A stretch of 64,000 bases of DNA from Octopus sinensis (GCF_006345805.1 NW_021836160.1:4437-68436), one strand, 5' to 3'. Shown: positions 41,292-55,168, numbered from the stretch's first letter. The notes: generated by a model from the sequence alone, not told the origin. Numbers and translations: made by a program.

Positions 41292-41697
41292 ACTCTCTTT
41301 ACTCTTTACTCTTTTAGTTGTTTCAGTCATTTGACTGCGGCCATGCTGGAGCACCGCCTTTAGTCGAGCAAATCGACCCCGGAACTTATTCTTTGTAAGC
41401 CCAGTACTTATTCTATCGGTCTCTTTTGCCGAACCGCTAAGTGACGGGGACGTAAACACACCAGCATCGGTTGTTAGGCAATGCTAGGGGGACAAACACA
41501 GACGCACAAACACATATATATATATACATATATACGACAGGCTTCTTTCAGTTTCCGTCTACCAAATCCACTCACAAGGCATTGGTCGGCCTGGGGCTAT
41601 AGCAGAAGACACTTGCCCAAGATTCCACGCAGTGGGACTGAACCCGGAACTATGTGGTTGGTTAGCAAGCTACTTACCACACAGCCACTCCTGCGCC
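41292..41697 (-). mobile_element. SINE family A, full length; further heads at about 40955-41100 (plus) and 41805-41962 (minus)
   Basis: Colinear with 14586-15014. Confidence 0.88.
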
Positions 41698-41739
41698 TAA
41701 TTTATTTACCTAATATCGATGCCTCATTCTTTTGTTGAC

Positions 41740-41790
<51 letters not shown>

Positions 41791-41958
41791 TATATATATA
41801 TAACAGGCTTCTTTCAGTTTCCGTTTTCCAAATCCACTCACAAGGCTTTGGTCGGCCGTAGCTATAGTAGAATACACTTGCCCAAGGTGTCACGCAGTGG
41901 GACTAAACCCGGAAAAACGTGGCTGGTAAGCAAGCTACGTAACATACAGCAACTCCTG

Positions 41959-42009
<51 letters not shown>

Positions 42010-42644
42010 GGCGGGAGAGAGAGAGAAACATTGAATTTTAAATTTTTTCAGTCATCCAGCTCCAAGTGGTAACACTGAGATTATAGAATTCTATAGCTTT
42101 TCTGAGTAGCTAAAGTGAGTACACGGATAGCTAATTCTATCAACTGGTTGTAATCCGCTAATTGGATTGGTTGAACCTAGACTGATCATTAACTGAAGAG
42201 GCTCTTCTGCCTAGACTGTGTCGTATAGGGGACTGTTCTTCATCGAATGACCTACAGTACACTTAACTTCACATGTGCCATTATAGTGATATTTATCAGT
42301 TATAACGAAAATATATCATTTATGCAGGGCGATTAGCGGAGAGCTCAATAAAACTAAAAGAAATCCATCTAGCTCAGCACGGCTGTAGAGTACAAATAAC
42401 CCACCGTGTAACCTAAGTACTGAGCTTCTGGAAACCTAACCGCCAGGTTTATTCCTGAGACTTAAAGCATATTATCCCATCGATTCCATATTCCTTATCT
42501 TCCGTGTAACAGGGCAGTCAAGAAAAATTATTGTCATGTTTCGGAACTCTATATTACAACGCTTCCGTAACACTGGGTGTCCCTGTACATATATAACCCA
42601 CCCTATATTTTTACTCACCCCCACGTCACTAATTTGATCAAAAT

Positions 42645-42997
42645 TCCTAGTCAAGAGCTCGTTTGGGTAGTTCTACTGCACTGATCGTATTCTCCTCATA
42701 TAACACCTTCAGATTGTTGCTTTTCTTTTTCAGTCTTTTTTTGCTTCTTTTTGCTGCACTCCAAAGGTCTACGAGGCAATTTGTTCAACTACGACGTGGA
42801 GCTGAAAACGTCGCTCATCCAATTCTTTGAGACGAGACCCGGTGATTTCTACTGTCAGAGCATTGACAAATTAGTGGAACATTGGCAAAATGTTGTGAAT
42901 TACGAAGAAGCAGACGACATTATTAAAATAGCTGATGAAAAATAAAGATGAAAATAAATCGAAAAAATATCGAACGAATTTATTTCATAATCCAATA
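42645..42997 (+). mobile_element. Mariner transposase 3' remnant with ITR
   Basis: ELVWVVLLH*SYSPHITPSDC resembles HPPYSPDLAPSD; then LRGNLF...FFETRPGDFYCQSIDKLVEHWQNVV; ITR-like end aatccaa followed by TA. Confidence 0.85.
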
Positions 42998-43090
42998 TTT
43001 TGTATCTTAAAATTACGCTGCTTCATCTTATTTTGTAGTTTGTATGCTCTTAGATATACGTATACATGTTATTATATTTTTTCTCTGAAG

Positions 43091-43735
43091 ACGGCGAGCT
43101 GGCAGAATCGTTAGCACGCCGGGCGAATAGCTTAGCGGGATTTCGTCTGCCGCTACCTTCTGAGTTCAAATTCCGCCGAGGTCGACTTTGCCTTTCATCC
43201 TTTCGGGGGTGAATTAAATAAGTACCAGTTACGCACTGTGGTCGATATAATCGATTTAATCCGTTTGTCTGTCCTTGTTAGTCCTCTCAATGTGTAGCTC
43301 CTTGTGGGCAGTAAAGATATAAGAAAGCATTATAAGGCGGCGAGCTGGTAGAAAAGTTAGCACGCCGGGCGAAATGCTTAGCAGTATTTCGTCTGCGGTT
43401 ACGTTCTGAGTTCAAATTCCGCCGAGGTCAACTTTGCCTTTTATCTTTTCGGGGTCGATTAAATAAGTACCAGTTATGCATTGGTGTTGATATAATCGAC
43501 TTAATCCGTTTGTCTGTCCTTGTTTGTTTCCTCTGTGTTTAGCTCCTTATGGGTAGTAAAGAAATAGGCATTTCGTCTGCCACTACGCTCTGAGTTCAAA
43601 TTCCGCAGAGGCCAACTTTTCCTTTCGGAGTCGATAAGTTAAATACCAGTGAACCACTTGGGGTTAAGGTAATCGACTAGTCTCCTACACCACCCCAAAT
43701 TTCAGGCCTAGTGCCGAGAGTAAAAAAGATTATTA
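43091..43735 (+). mobile_element. Head-to-tail array of three family B SINE units
   Basis: Units start near 43091, 43337 and 43568; the third lacks its head. Confidence 0.85.
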
Positions 43736-44047
43736 TTATTTACGTTATTACTGCAAACTGTTCTGATAAGAATTTACAAAAATTTCAAATTACATTAATG
43801 TTGTTGATTCTGGTTATTTGAATTGTTTTTTTTTCTTTTACTTTCTCAATTATTCGACTGCGGCCAAACTGGGGTATCGCCTTGTAGGTTTTATTGGAAC
43901 AAGTCATCTCTAGCATGTATTGACCCATTTTCCCAAACCAGTGTTATGAGGACTCAAATCAACAGCAGTTGTGAAACATAGAACACACATACATACACAC
44001 ACACACACTACATCGATTCGTCCATTCATACATATATACATATACAT

Positions 44048-44085
<38 letters not shown>

Positions 44086-44135
44086 GTGTGTGTATGTATA
44101 CATATATACATATATATATATGTGTGTGTGTATGT

Positions 44136-44166
<31 letters not shown>

Positions 44167-44361
44167 TACTCGTGTATATATGCATATATATGTATACATA
44201 TATATATATGTATATATATATATATATGTATGTATGCATATATATATGTATATATATATGTATATATATACACGTGTATATGCATATATATATATATATG
44301 TATGTATGTATATATATATGTATATATATATATATATGTATATAATATACACGTGTATATA

Positions 44362-44430
<69 letters not shown>

Positions 44431-44586
44431 ATAAATGAAAGACGGAAGATGAATATTCGAGAATTTTTATTTATCGCTATAAGTGTTTTAACACATCTAG
44501 CATCGGTCCCTGATGGATGGGATATTTGACAATTGGTTCAGGAGCATTCATACACACACACACATACACACACAATCATCACTTAC

Positions 44587-44663
44587 AGTGACTAAGAGCC
44601 CAAGTCAACGCCAGAATTGCTACAAATAAAAATCAAAATAACTCTTAGCCACGAACAGAGCAT
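44587..44663 (-). CDS. Candidate signal-peptide exon with a 1-nt frameshift, MLCSWLRVILI(L)FVAILALTWALSH
   Basis: gaaaATG start and a phase-1 T|GTAAGT donor; reading through requires removing one T from ATTTTTATTT. Confidence 0.4.
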
Positions 44664-44937
44664 TTTCTGTTCAACTGAGCACTTTCTATTCCCTGACAAG
44701 GGAGATAACCCCATTACAGCAAACGAAGGCATCAGATCGCCCAGCATATTTCCGATAGAGTTAATCCTCAATGGTGACGCTACTCAATTGACGATGGATA
44801 AGCTAAATCGACTTGTCAGTTTATAGAATTTACCAGACAAATCAATGGTTGTTTCAGTAAAATGGTAAAGTGACATTTATAAAATTATTTAAGTGGCTAA
44901 AGTGTTAATACCTATTATCTTGTTTTTAGCATTGAGT

Positions 44938-44939
<2 letters not shown>

Positions 44940-45008
<69 letters not shown>

Positions 45009-45064
45009 CATAATAATCGATTCTCTATAAAAATAAAAAGAATCGATTATTATTATTATTATTA

Positions 45065-45143
<79 letters not shown>

Positions 45144-45153
45144 GTTGTTGTTG

Positions 45154-45227
<74 letters not shown>

Positions 45228-45250
45228 GTTGTTGTTGTTGTTGTTGTTAG
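44940..45250. repeat. (AAT)n to (ATT)n/(GTT)n microsatellite
   Basis: Read directly. Confidence 0.93.
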
Positions 45251-45662
45251 CGTTCAGGTCACTGTTTGGAATCGAATTCGGAATCTTTGGGTTAGTAGCA
45301 ATTTTTTTAGCGTATTTTTGTTTGAATAGTTTATACCACTTCATTTGATAGCGCTGTGTATCTAACGAGTAAAACTGGGAGGACACGGTTTTTTGTAGGC
45401 GCAGTAATGGTGCTTTTATTCAACGCTCTCTGACTGAGAGAACGTGCCGTGAAACTCTAAGTAGGAACAGATAAAATCATCAAATATATTCCAATAATAT
45501 CTGCAGTAATGTACTAACTACACTTTGAAAACAAACATACGAACACATACGCGCGCGCGCGAAGCATATATTTATGCATTTAAGCGAAGTACATGTGCAC
45601 TTACGAATATATTGGTGAAATATATATTTCTCTCCATATTTGCATTTCCCCCTCTCTCTCAG

Positions 45663-45717
<55 letters not shown>

Positions 45718-45771
45718 ACAAAGACACACACACATACACACACACACACTCGCACACATATATATATATTA

Positions 45772-45803
<32 letters not shown>

Positions 45804-45876
45804 GTATATATATGTGTGTGTATATGTATGTATATGCATATATGTCGTATCTTTGCCTTTCTCCCACTTTCTCACT

Positions 45877-45929
<53 letters not shown>

Positions 45930-46152
45930 GATATGTGTATATGTGTATGTATATATCTGTGCGTGAGTGTGTATGTGTGATTATATATATATATATATAA
46001 CACATGTAACCCACCATCCCTTTCTTTCACTCCCTCTCTCTCTGTCTATACACACACATATATATATACAGATATATAGATATAGATATATATGTCTATA
46101 TGTGTATGTATATATCTGTGTGTGAGTGTGTATATATATATATATATATTAT

Positions 46153-46187
<35 letters not shown>

Positions 46188-46528
46188 ACACATGTAACCC
46201 ACCATCCCTCTCATTCATTCTCTCTCTCTCTCTCTATCTATCTCCACACACACACACACACGCATATTAGTATGTGCGTATATACGAGTGTGTGAAAATA
46301 TAGGTCTGCGTATAATGTGTTTAGAAACGTTTGCTTCTTCCTGCATGTTTCCCCGCTCTGCTGCTATGAATTACCAAACATGATTTCGGTGTGCTTTTGC
46401 TCTTTGTGTGCTTTTATGATTTCGCTTCCATTCCTCTAACGTTAAATAGTATAATTATATTTTTATAGCTTTCAGAATATTGACTGAACCTCTCTGAACA
46501 CACACATACACACACAGTCACACACACA

Positions 46529-46571
<43 letters not shown>

Positions 46572-46660
46572 ATACATGTACATATGTACTCATATATATT
46601 CTAACATAAATACGGAGATATATATGTATATATATACATATACATACGTACGTACATACA

Positions 46661-46721
<61 letters not shown>

Positions 46722-46802
46722 TGTGTGTTCCTATGCATGTATATGTGAGCATGTATGCATATATATATACATATATATAATGTATATATATGTACCACGC
46801 AC

Positions 46803-46834
<32 letters not shown>

Positions 46835-47797
46835 ATTTATATATATATACATGATATGATATGCAAATATGTACATGTATTTATGTATTCACACATATAT
46901 TTGTGTATATACACACATGCTTAGTACATATGTACTCATATATATGAATTATCCTTTGTCTTTTATCTTTCGCTTATTTTTGCCATATCGCGGCTCACTC
47001 AATATTTCGCGGTTCACCTATCGCGCATTGAGTACATCGCGAATTTTTCTGGTTAATATATGTAAATATATATATCGCGGATTCCTTAGTATCTTCACTC
47101 CTTGTTATGCGATAACACTGCAAACTATAATCTAGAACAGTTATAACTGCCTCTGGCATGTATCTCGTATAGTACTTTTACAATACAGTTGGTGACAGTA
47201 ACTTCGAACTTTTGCCCTACGATCATTTTATCGGATTGTGGGTAGCAGGCCAAAACTTCGAAGACACTGACACCTCTGTCTTGAAAATTCAATAAAAATG
47301 TACTCTAAAAAATAGTAATGTGTAATTTATATCTATTAAGTGATAAAATCATGGAACACCTGTAATAAGAACTCCGAGTTTCTCGTTAGCAATTAAATTT
47401 TTTACAGCCTCGGTGCAAACTGGGCAGGCGCCACCCTAAACACACTGGATCTTTCATCGTTCAAGAAGAACAACTCTGCTAGGATTGATTATAAGTTATT
47501 GCGGAAGCAGATCCTTATACGTTCGTCTATGTCTCACATTAAAATAAATTACAATAAATGAAATAAAGTAGTAAAATAAAAAATAAAAATAAAAATCAGA
47601 AAATTAGCAATAAAAAGATTTAAAGACTGCAAAATCACAAAGTTTAAATTTTAAAAAATTAAAATCGAAACTTTATATATATAAAAAATAATTTTAAAAT
47701 TGTTTGAAATTTAAAATAAAAGAATTTCATTTTTAATATTTTTAGTTTTCACAAATATCTCTTATATTTGATACGTTAACTTGCAATTAAAAAAATA

Positions 47798-48046
47798 AAT
47801 GCGCCCTTTTAAAGCCTAGCTAAGCTCATGGGCCCGATTTCCCGGTTTCTATGGCGTATGTGTTCCCCTGCTGGACGGGACGCCAGTCTATCGCAGCATT
47901 ACTCATTTTTGCCAGTTGAGTGAACTGGAGCAACGTGAAATGAAGTGTTTTGCTCAAGAACACAACGCGTCGCCCGGTCCAAGAATCGAAACCACAATCT
48001 TACGATCATGATGCGGACACCCTAACCAATAAGCCACGCGCTTCCA
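47798..48046 (-). mobile_element. SINE family D
   Basis: Reverse complement of gaagcgcgtggcttattggttagggtg...gtgttcttgagcaaaacacttc...gaaaccgggaaatcgggccc. Confidence 0.85.
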
Positions 48047-48344
48047 ATCTGCAATTTGAAATCAATAAATTATTGTTCAATTTTTGAAAATTTTCAATGC
48101 TTTACTTTGTTGCGTCTGCACTGTAGTAGAAAGTAGAAGCAAACATCGGCTGTTATCGTAATTCCTTAAACACTATACGTTAATGAAAAAATATACCAAA
48201 TTCTGTTTTCTAAATCCATTTTTCTCACTGATAAAGGTACACGTGTCTTTGCTATTTGCTTCACGTCATACAAAGTAGATGTATTGCAATACGCGTACAA
48301 GAAACTCGATTCTGTATCAAACATCTAATGTACGAAGAATTAGT

Positions 48345-50990
48345 TTCAATATTCATTTCTCAATCTCTGTTGCTGTGTTGGTCTTGTCATTTTGTAAACC
48401 TGTCCACCAGTGTTAGATATACAGAATTCAAAAAAGTGCTCAAGTTGTTGTTAGGAGATGGTAGATAATCTCTACTAAGTCAGTTGCCAAACATCGAGGC
48501 ATTAATGTGTCCAATCCCAGAGGAAAACGATGGATAATCTCGTGGGTCTCTAGCAAGTCAGTTGCCAAACGTCAGGGCTTTAATATGTCCATTCCATGGG
48601 GAAAACAATGGATAATCTTGTGGGTCCCTACTAAGTCAGTTGCCAAACGTCGAGGCATTAATGTGTCCATGCCCAGGAGAAAACAATGGATAATCTCGTG
48701 GGTCTGTAGCAAGTCAGTTGCCAAACGTCGGGGCTTTAATGTGTCTATGCCCTGGGGAAAACGATAGATAATCTTGTGGGTCTCTAGCAAGTCAGTTGCC
48801 AAACGTCGGGGCTTTAATGTGTCTATGCCCTGGGGAAAACGATAGATAATCTTGTGGGTCTCTAGCAAGTCAGTTGCCAAACGTCGAGGAATTAATGTGT
48901 CTATGCCCTGGGGAAAACGATGGATAATCTTGTGGGTCTGTAGCAAGTCAGTTGCCAAACGTCGGGGTTTTAATGTGTCTATGCCCAGGGTAAAACTATG
49001 GATAATCTTGTGGGTCTCTAGCAAGTCAGTTGCCAAACGTCGGGGCTTTAATGTGTCTATGCCCAGGGGAAAACGATAGATAATCTTGTGGGTCTCTAGC
49101 AAGTCAGTTGCCAAACGTCGGGGCTTTAATGTGTCTATGCCCTGGGGAAAACGATGGATAATCTTGTGGGTCTCTAGCAAGTCAGTTGCCAAACGTCGGG
49201 GCTTTAATGTGTCTATGCCCTGGGGAAAACGATAGATAATCTTGTGGGTCTCTAGCAAGTCAGTTGCCAAACGTCGAGGAATTAATGTGTCTATGCCCTG
49301 GGGAAAACGATGGATAATCTTGTGTGTCTCTAGCAAGTCAGTTGCCAAACGTCGAGGCTTTAATGTGTCTATGCCCTGGGGAAAACGATGGATAATCTTG
49401 TGGATCTCTACTTAGTCAGTTGCCAAACGTCGAGGCATTAATGTGTCCATGCCCAGGGGAAAACAATGGATAATCTTGTGGGTCTCTAGCAAGTCAGTTG
49501 CCAAACGTCGAGGCATTAATGTGTCTATGCCCAGGGGAAAACGATGGATAATCTTGTGGGTCTCTAGCAAGTCAGTTGCCAAACGTCGGGGTTTTAATGT
49601 GTCTATGCCCAGGGGAAAACGATGGATAATCTTGTGGGTCTCTAGCAAGTCAGTTGCCAAACGTCGGGGCTTTAATGTGTCTATGCCCAGGGGAAAACGA
49701 TGGATAATCTTGTGGGTCTCTAGCAAGTCAGTTGCCAAACGTCGGGGCTTTAATGTGTCTATGCCCTGGGGAAAACGATGGATAATCTTGTGGATCTCTA
49801 CTTAGTTGGTTGCCAAACATCGAGGCTTTAATATGTCCATGTCCAGGGAAAGATGGTGGATAATCTTGTGGGTCTCTACTAATTTAGTTGCCAAATATCG
49901 AGGCATTAATGTTTCCATGCTCAGAGGAAAACGATGGATAATCTTGTGGGTCTCTAGCAAGTCAGTTGCCAAACGTCGGGGCTTTAATATGTCCATACCC
50001 AGGGGAAAACGATGGATATTCTTGAGGGTCTCTAGCAAGTCAGTTGCCAAATATCGAGGCATTAATGTTTCCATGCTCAGAGGAAAACGATGGATAATCT
50101 TGTGGGTCTCTAGCAAGTCAGTTGCCAAACGTCGGGGCTTTAATGTGTCTATGCCCTGGGGAAAACGATGGATAATCTTGTGGATCTCTACTTAGTTGGT
50201 TGCCAAACATCGAGGCTTTAATATGTCCATGTCCAGGGAAAGATGGTGGATAATCTTGTGGGTCTCTACTAAGTTAGTTGCCAAATATCGAGGCATTAAT
50301 GTTTCCATGCTCAGAGGAAAACGATGGATAATCTTGTGGGTCACTAGCAAGTCAGTTGCCAAACGTCGGGGCTTTAATATGTCCATACCCAGGGGAAAAC
50401 GATGGATATTCTTGAGGGTCTCTAGCAAGTCAGTTGCCAAATATCGAGGCATTAATGTTTCCATGCTCAGAGGAAAACGATGGATAATCTTGTTGTTCTC
50501 TAGCAAGTCAGTTGCCAAACGTTGGGGCTTTAATATGTCCATACCCAGGGGAAAACGATGGATAATCTTGAGGGTCTCTAGCAAGTCAGTTGCCAAACGT
50601 CGGGGATTTAATGTGTCCATGCCCTGGGGAAAACGATGGATAATCTTGTGGGTCTGTAGGAAGTCAGTTGCCAAACGTCGGGGATTTAATGTGTCCATGC
50701 CCTGGGGAAAACGATGGATAATCTTGAGGGTCTCTACTTAGTCAGTTGCCAAACGTCGAGGTTTTAATGTGTCCATGTCCAGGCAAGGAAGACGTTCAGA
50801 GTATGGTAGATGCCTGACGGAGGGTATACGTTTCGTTGCACGTTTCTGAACAATTCCCAGGTGATTGATAGGCTGAGCAAGATAAGGCTCGAAACTGGTG
50901 GTGCAAACTCCGAACATAGACATATACAACTTTAAGTATATAGCTGGAGAGCGGCTGACAAAAGTCTTAATTGGTGATGCTAAGTTACTC
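48345..50990 (-). mobile_element. CR1/L2-group LINE ORF2 C-terminal remnant interrupted by its own amplified 78-mer
   Basis: IKTFVSRSPAIYLKLY...HLGIVQKRATKRIPSVRHLPYSERL...TLKPRRLATDLLETHKII resembles CR1 LERVQRRATKxIPxLxxLSYEERL..TLExRRLRGDLIExYKI; similar sequence resumes after the array (...EHFFEFCISNTGGQVYK). Confidence 0.8.
48465..50785. repeat. 78-bp minisatellite, about 30 copies, with a 390-bp higher-order duplication
   Basis: Unit aagtcagttgccaaacgtcggggctttaatgtgtctatgccctggggaaaacgatggataatcttgtgggtctctagc; the variant block starting cttagttggttgcc recurs at 49801 and 50191. Confidence 0.95.
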
Positions 50991-51117
50991 TTGGTTCTCT
51001 TTCTCTCTTTCTTTTTTTCTCTCTTTCTCTCTCTCTCTTTACGGCTCTTTTTATAAATACGTGTGTGTGTTTTTATACGTGTGTGTATATGGGTATATAT
51101 GTGATATACATGAAACA

Positions 51118-51440
51118 TTCCAACCACATGGTTCCGAGTTCAGTGCCACTGCGTAGCACCTAGGGCAAGTGTCTTTACTAAGGCAATGGGCCGCCGACCA
51201 AAGCCTTGTGACTTGACTGGATTTGGTAAACAGAAACTGAAAAGAGCCCGCCGACCACCATCACTAGACAACCGATGTTGGTGTGTTTACATCCCTATAA
51301 CTTAGGAGCTCGGCAAAAGAGACCGATAAAATAAGTACTAGTCTCACAAAGAATAAGTCCTGAGTAAAAACACTTTAAGGCGGTGCTCCAGTATGGCTGC
51401 AGACAGAAATTTACTGAAACAAGCAAAAGCATAAAAGAAT
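51118..51440 (+). mobile_element. SINE family A, diverged and lacking the internal microsatellite
   Basis: caaccacatggttccgagttcag...aaagagaccgataaaataagtac...tgaaacaagcaaaag. Confidence 0.75.
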
Positions 51441-51460
51441 ATATACATACATACATATAT

Positions 51461-51751
51461 CACGTGATCACGTGACCGACCAGACCATCTGATGTTGTTA
51501 CACATCGCTGGTCACAATGCGTTCGCATTGTTTTAGCCTTCGAATGACGCCACCCCGCTAGCTAAGCGAGTAGGCCAACACAAGAAAGAGTGGAAGAAAG
51601 AGTACAGCAGGGAGCACCACCCCCTGCCGGGGCCTCGTGGGGCTTTTTATGGGTTTTCGCTCAATAAACACTCAACGCCCGGTCTGGGAATCGAAACCGC
51701 GATCCTACGACCGCGAGTCCGCTGCCTTAACCACTGGGCCATTGCGCCTCC
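51461..51751 (-). mobile_element. tRNA-derived SINE with a family C head
   Basis: Minus strand: ggaggcgcaatggcccagtggttaaggcagcggactcgcggtcgtaggatcgcggtttcgattccc. Confidence 0.8.
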
Positions 51752-51829
51752 ACACACACAGACATATATATATATGTATATACATATATATATATATATT
51801 AATCTTATCTCTTCACTCTTATACGCCAT

Positions 51830-52890
51830 TTGGTCTCAACTCTCCCCCCCTCCTCATCTAACCCCCTCCTCACCTATCCTTTCTCCCCCCGACCCCTACT
51901 TCTTCAGTCCTTCATCCTTTCACCCCTACTCCCCTTCCCTTCTTCCCTCTTTCTCCCTCCCTCTTCCCCTTCCCTCTGCTCCCTCACTCCCTCTCTCCCC
52001 TTCTCTCTCCCCCTCTCCCTCTTTCCTCCTTCTCTTCTCTCCCTCACTCCCTCTCTCCCCTTCTCTCTCCCCCTCTCCCTCTTTCCTCCTTCATCCCCCT
52101 CATCCCCTTCCTTCTCCCCCATCCTCTCCTCTCCCCTTCTCCTCCCCCTCTTCTTCCCCTCCCCTTCTCCCCCCCTCTTCTCCCCCTCCCCTTCTCTCCT
52201 CACTACACCACATGACTTTAAACATCACATCACATATGATGTGCCATACTAATACACACACCAACTAATACATACTAATACGTACTAATACATACTAGTA
52301 CATACTAATACTTACACCAACCCTATACATACACACGTCCAGACCCCGCATACGCACTTATACTCTCTCACACCAACACACACACCTATACATACCAATA
52401 CGTACTAATGCATACTAATACATACTAATACATACACCAACCCCATACATACGCACGTCCAGACCAATCTTACGCACTAATACTCTCTCATACACACACA
52501 CACACACACCACACACCCTTATACATAATAATACATACACCAACCCTATACATACACACATCCAGACCCCTCCCACGCACTTTTAGCTGGTCCCTCAACC
52601 CGTTTATCAATCCTATTATCTCCCCTTATTCGCTCTCGCGCTCTCATGTTTGATCTTTGACCTCTGGCCGAAATCAGATCGCCATGTTGATTCGTTAGCT
52701 ACTGCACGCATTTTTTTTCTCTCCTTCTTTCTGTGTTTTTTTCTCTCTGGTATCTTTCTGTTGAAGAGCGTAGGCTCGAAACGTTAAAGACTTGTTTTAT
52801 TTATATTTCCTGAGCGCCATACTAATACAATTGTTCGTTTGTTTTCCACCTGCCTTCGTCTTTTGTTTATTTTCATAAAGCTTCCCGTTA
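51830..52890 (+). mobile_element. Possibly longer H1 element: pyrimidine tract, catactaata repeats, hammerhead-like motif at 52753-52790, (TA)n end
   Basis: tcttt-CTGTTGA-A-GAGCgtagGCTC-GAAA-CG-TT-aaaga plus the H1 tail; the 5' boundary is uncertain. Confidence 0.6.
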
Positions 52891-52936
52891 TATATATATA
52901 TATATATGTATGTATATATATATATATATATATATG

Positions 52937-52971
<35 letters not shown>

Positions 52972-53290
52972 GTATATTACACATTTACGTATATACGTAT
53001 TTTACACATTTCCCATTATATTTACACGCATACACACATACAAACACACACACACACCCGCGCGCGGACACGCACACACACATGCAGGCGCATGCGTGGA
53101 TGGATAATACGTGTGCGCATATGTTTAGAATCATTGCTACTTTTCTGCTGTTTACAATCACTTTCTTTTAGATTTCTTAGTTGTTATTGAAAAGAAAGAA
53201 CGTGTGTACACGTGTGTGTGTGCGTGCGTATGTGTGGGCGTGTGTGTATATATATAGATATATATATATATATATATATATATATCTATA

Positions 53291-53371
<81 letters not shown>

Positions 53372-53464
53372 ACATATATACATGCGACTATATATAGAAC
53401 GAATAGAACCCACATATACAGAATTACACGCTATAGTAGTGTATATACTATGTATATATGTATC

Positions 53465-53499
<35 letters not shown>

Positions 53500-53528
53500 C
53501 TATACATAGCATAGATATTATTATATAC

Positions 53529-53576
<48 letters not shown>

Positions 53577-53704
53577 CATCCATACATAATCATACATGCG
53601 AACTTATGTATATGAACGAATAGAAACACACATATACGAATCACAGATATGGTTATATGGTAGGTAACATACATATATTATCATAGCATGGCCAAGTCTT
53701 AGTT

Positions 53705-53905
53705 GCACTTCATTGATTTCCATGTGGCACAGCATTCATGTTGATCTAGCTGATATCATATAAGATATGCCACGGATGCCATCATATATCATGTGCTATA
53801 GAAACCACCAATTTCACTAATGATTGTATACTTAAAGGATATTTGAGCTGAGTTAACGCAAAACAACAGACCTATAAGCGATTGTTTTAGTTTCGAATTT
53901 ACTAT
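53705..53905. repeat. ~200 bp non-microsatellite segment duplicated at about 60685-60878
   Basis: ttcattgatttccatgt...atatgccacggatgccatcatatatcatgtgcta...cttaaaggatatttga...gttaacgcaaaacaa occurs in both places. Confidence 0.85.
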
Positions 53906-54204
53906 CTCGTTGTTTGTTGTTTGTTCTCTTCTTTTCTTCTTCTTCTTCTTCTTTTTTCTTCTTCTTCTTCTTCTTCTTCTTCTTCTTCTTCTTCGTACTA
54001 TTATTATTATTATCGTCATTATTAACATCCGTCTTCTTCTTCTTCTTCTTCTTCTTCTTCTTCTTCGTCTTCTTCTTATTCTTCTTCTTCGTCGTCTTCT
54101 TTTCTTCTTCTTCTTCTTCTTCTTCTTCTTATTCGTCTTCTTCTTCTTCTTCGTCTTCTTCTTCTTCTTCTTCTTCTTCTTCGTCTTCTTACTATTATTA
54201 TTAT

Positions 54205-54403
54205 TATTCTTTTGTACTCTAGGCACACGGCCTTGAATGTTTGAGGAGGGGGGGGGCAGTCGATTAGATCGACCCAAGTACGCAACTGGTACTTAATTTA
54301 TCGACCCCGAAAAGATGAAAAGCAAAGTCGACCTCGGCAGTATTTTAACCCAGAACGTAAAGACAGACGAAATACCACTAGGCATTTCGCCCGTTTCGCC
54401 GCC
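54205..54403 (-). mobile_element. SINE family B
   Basis: tcgaccccgaaaagatgaaaagcaaagtcgacctcggc is the reverse complement of the core. Confidence 0.8.
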
Positions 54404-54539
54404 TTTAGAAACGGTAACATTGCAACAAATTGTGAAGTGGCGAACACTAGTGCGAGACACGTAAGCATAGGTTGCTGGAGGGAAATGTTTCTACAGAGGA
54501 GCAGGCAAAGAAACACCACAATTTGACTTTTAAAAATGA

Positions 54540-55076
54540 AGAACTGCAAAAGTCTCGCAAACCTGCCCGTACATTTGCAACTCTCTGACAGGTACCGACT
54601 GGGTATCCTTGATGTGCCAATGTGGACGTAGTCGAATCGTATCAGGTCATCCAGGTCGTATCTAGACAGGGTATTCTGTAGATAAAGATTGTATAAGTTG
54701 ACCACATTTCAAACTGGTCAGCTACAAATACCAGAAATTTGGGATCTGTACGGTCGATCTAAATAGGTTTTGAATGTAGGGAGCCGGTTACTGGAAGGTG
54801 AACGCGTCACTTCCGGAGCGCCAAGCTTAGAGATACCGGATTAGAGAATTAGTTAAGCGGGCGTTGATAAGGGCAATCGTCAACGTGGAATGGTGGTTTG
54901 CTCTGAAATGGGTGAATAGAGTAGAATCAGTTAGGTTCAGTAAGGTATTAATGACAGAAAGAAATAAAGTAGAGGGAAACTTAGAGGCTTACAAACGGCT
55001 TTTAAGAAGGGCATCGCAACCGACGGACTGGGGGTGAGATTGAGCCAGGACCAATTCTTCAAGGCTAAACATGAAT
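54540..55076 (+). mobile_element. Decayed Tx1/L1-like endonuclease C-terminus and linker
   Basis: DRYRL..DVPMWT*SN..SSRSYLDRVF and GYWKVNASL; the 3' end gaccaattcttcaaggctaaacatgaa resembles about 16985-17012 on the minus strand. Confidence 0.7.
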
Positions 55077-55168
55077 ATATACAAATGTGTGTTTGTATGC
55101 GTGATGTGTGTGAGTATGTGTTTATCTTTCTCTTTCTTTCTTTTCTTTCTTTTCTCTCTTTCTTTCTT

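Noticed and set aside
48256-48468. Plus-strand ORF with QETRF resembling an APE endonuclease motif
   Set aside because: Only one short motif, and much of the ORF overlaps the minus-strand CR1 remnant.
48465-50785. Regular array could be taken for CRISPR or a repeat-protein gene
   Set aside because: No unique spacers, eukaryotic context, the unit derives from a CR1 ORF2, and stops recur.
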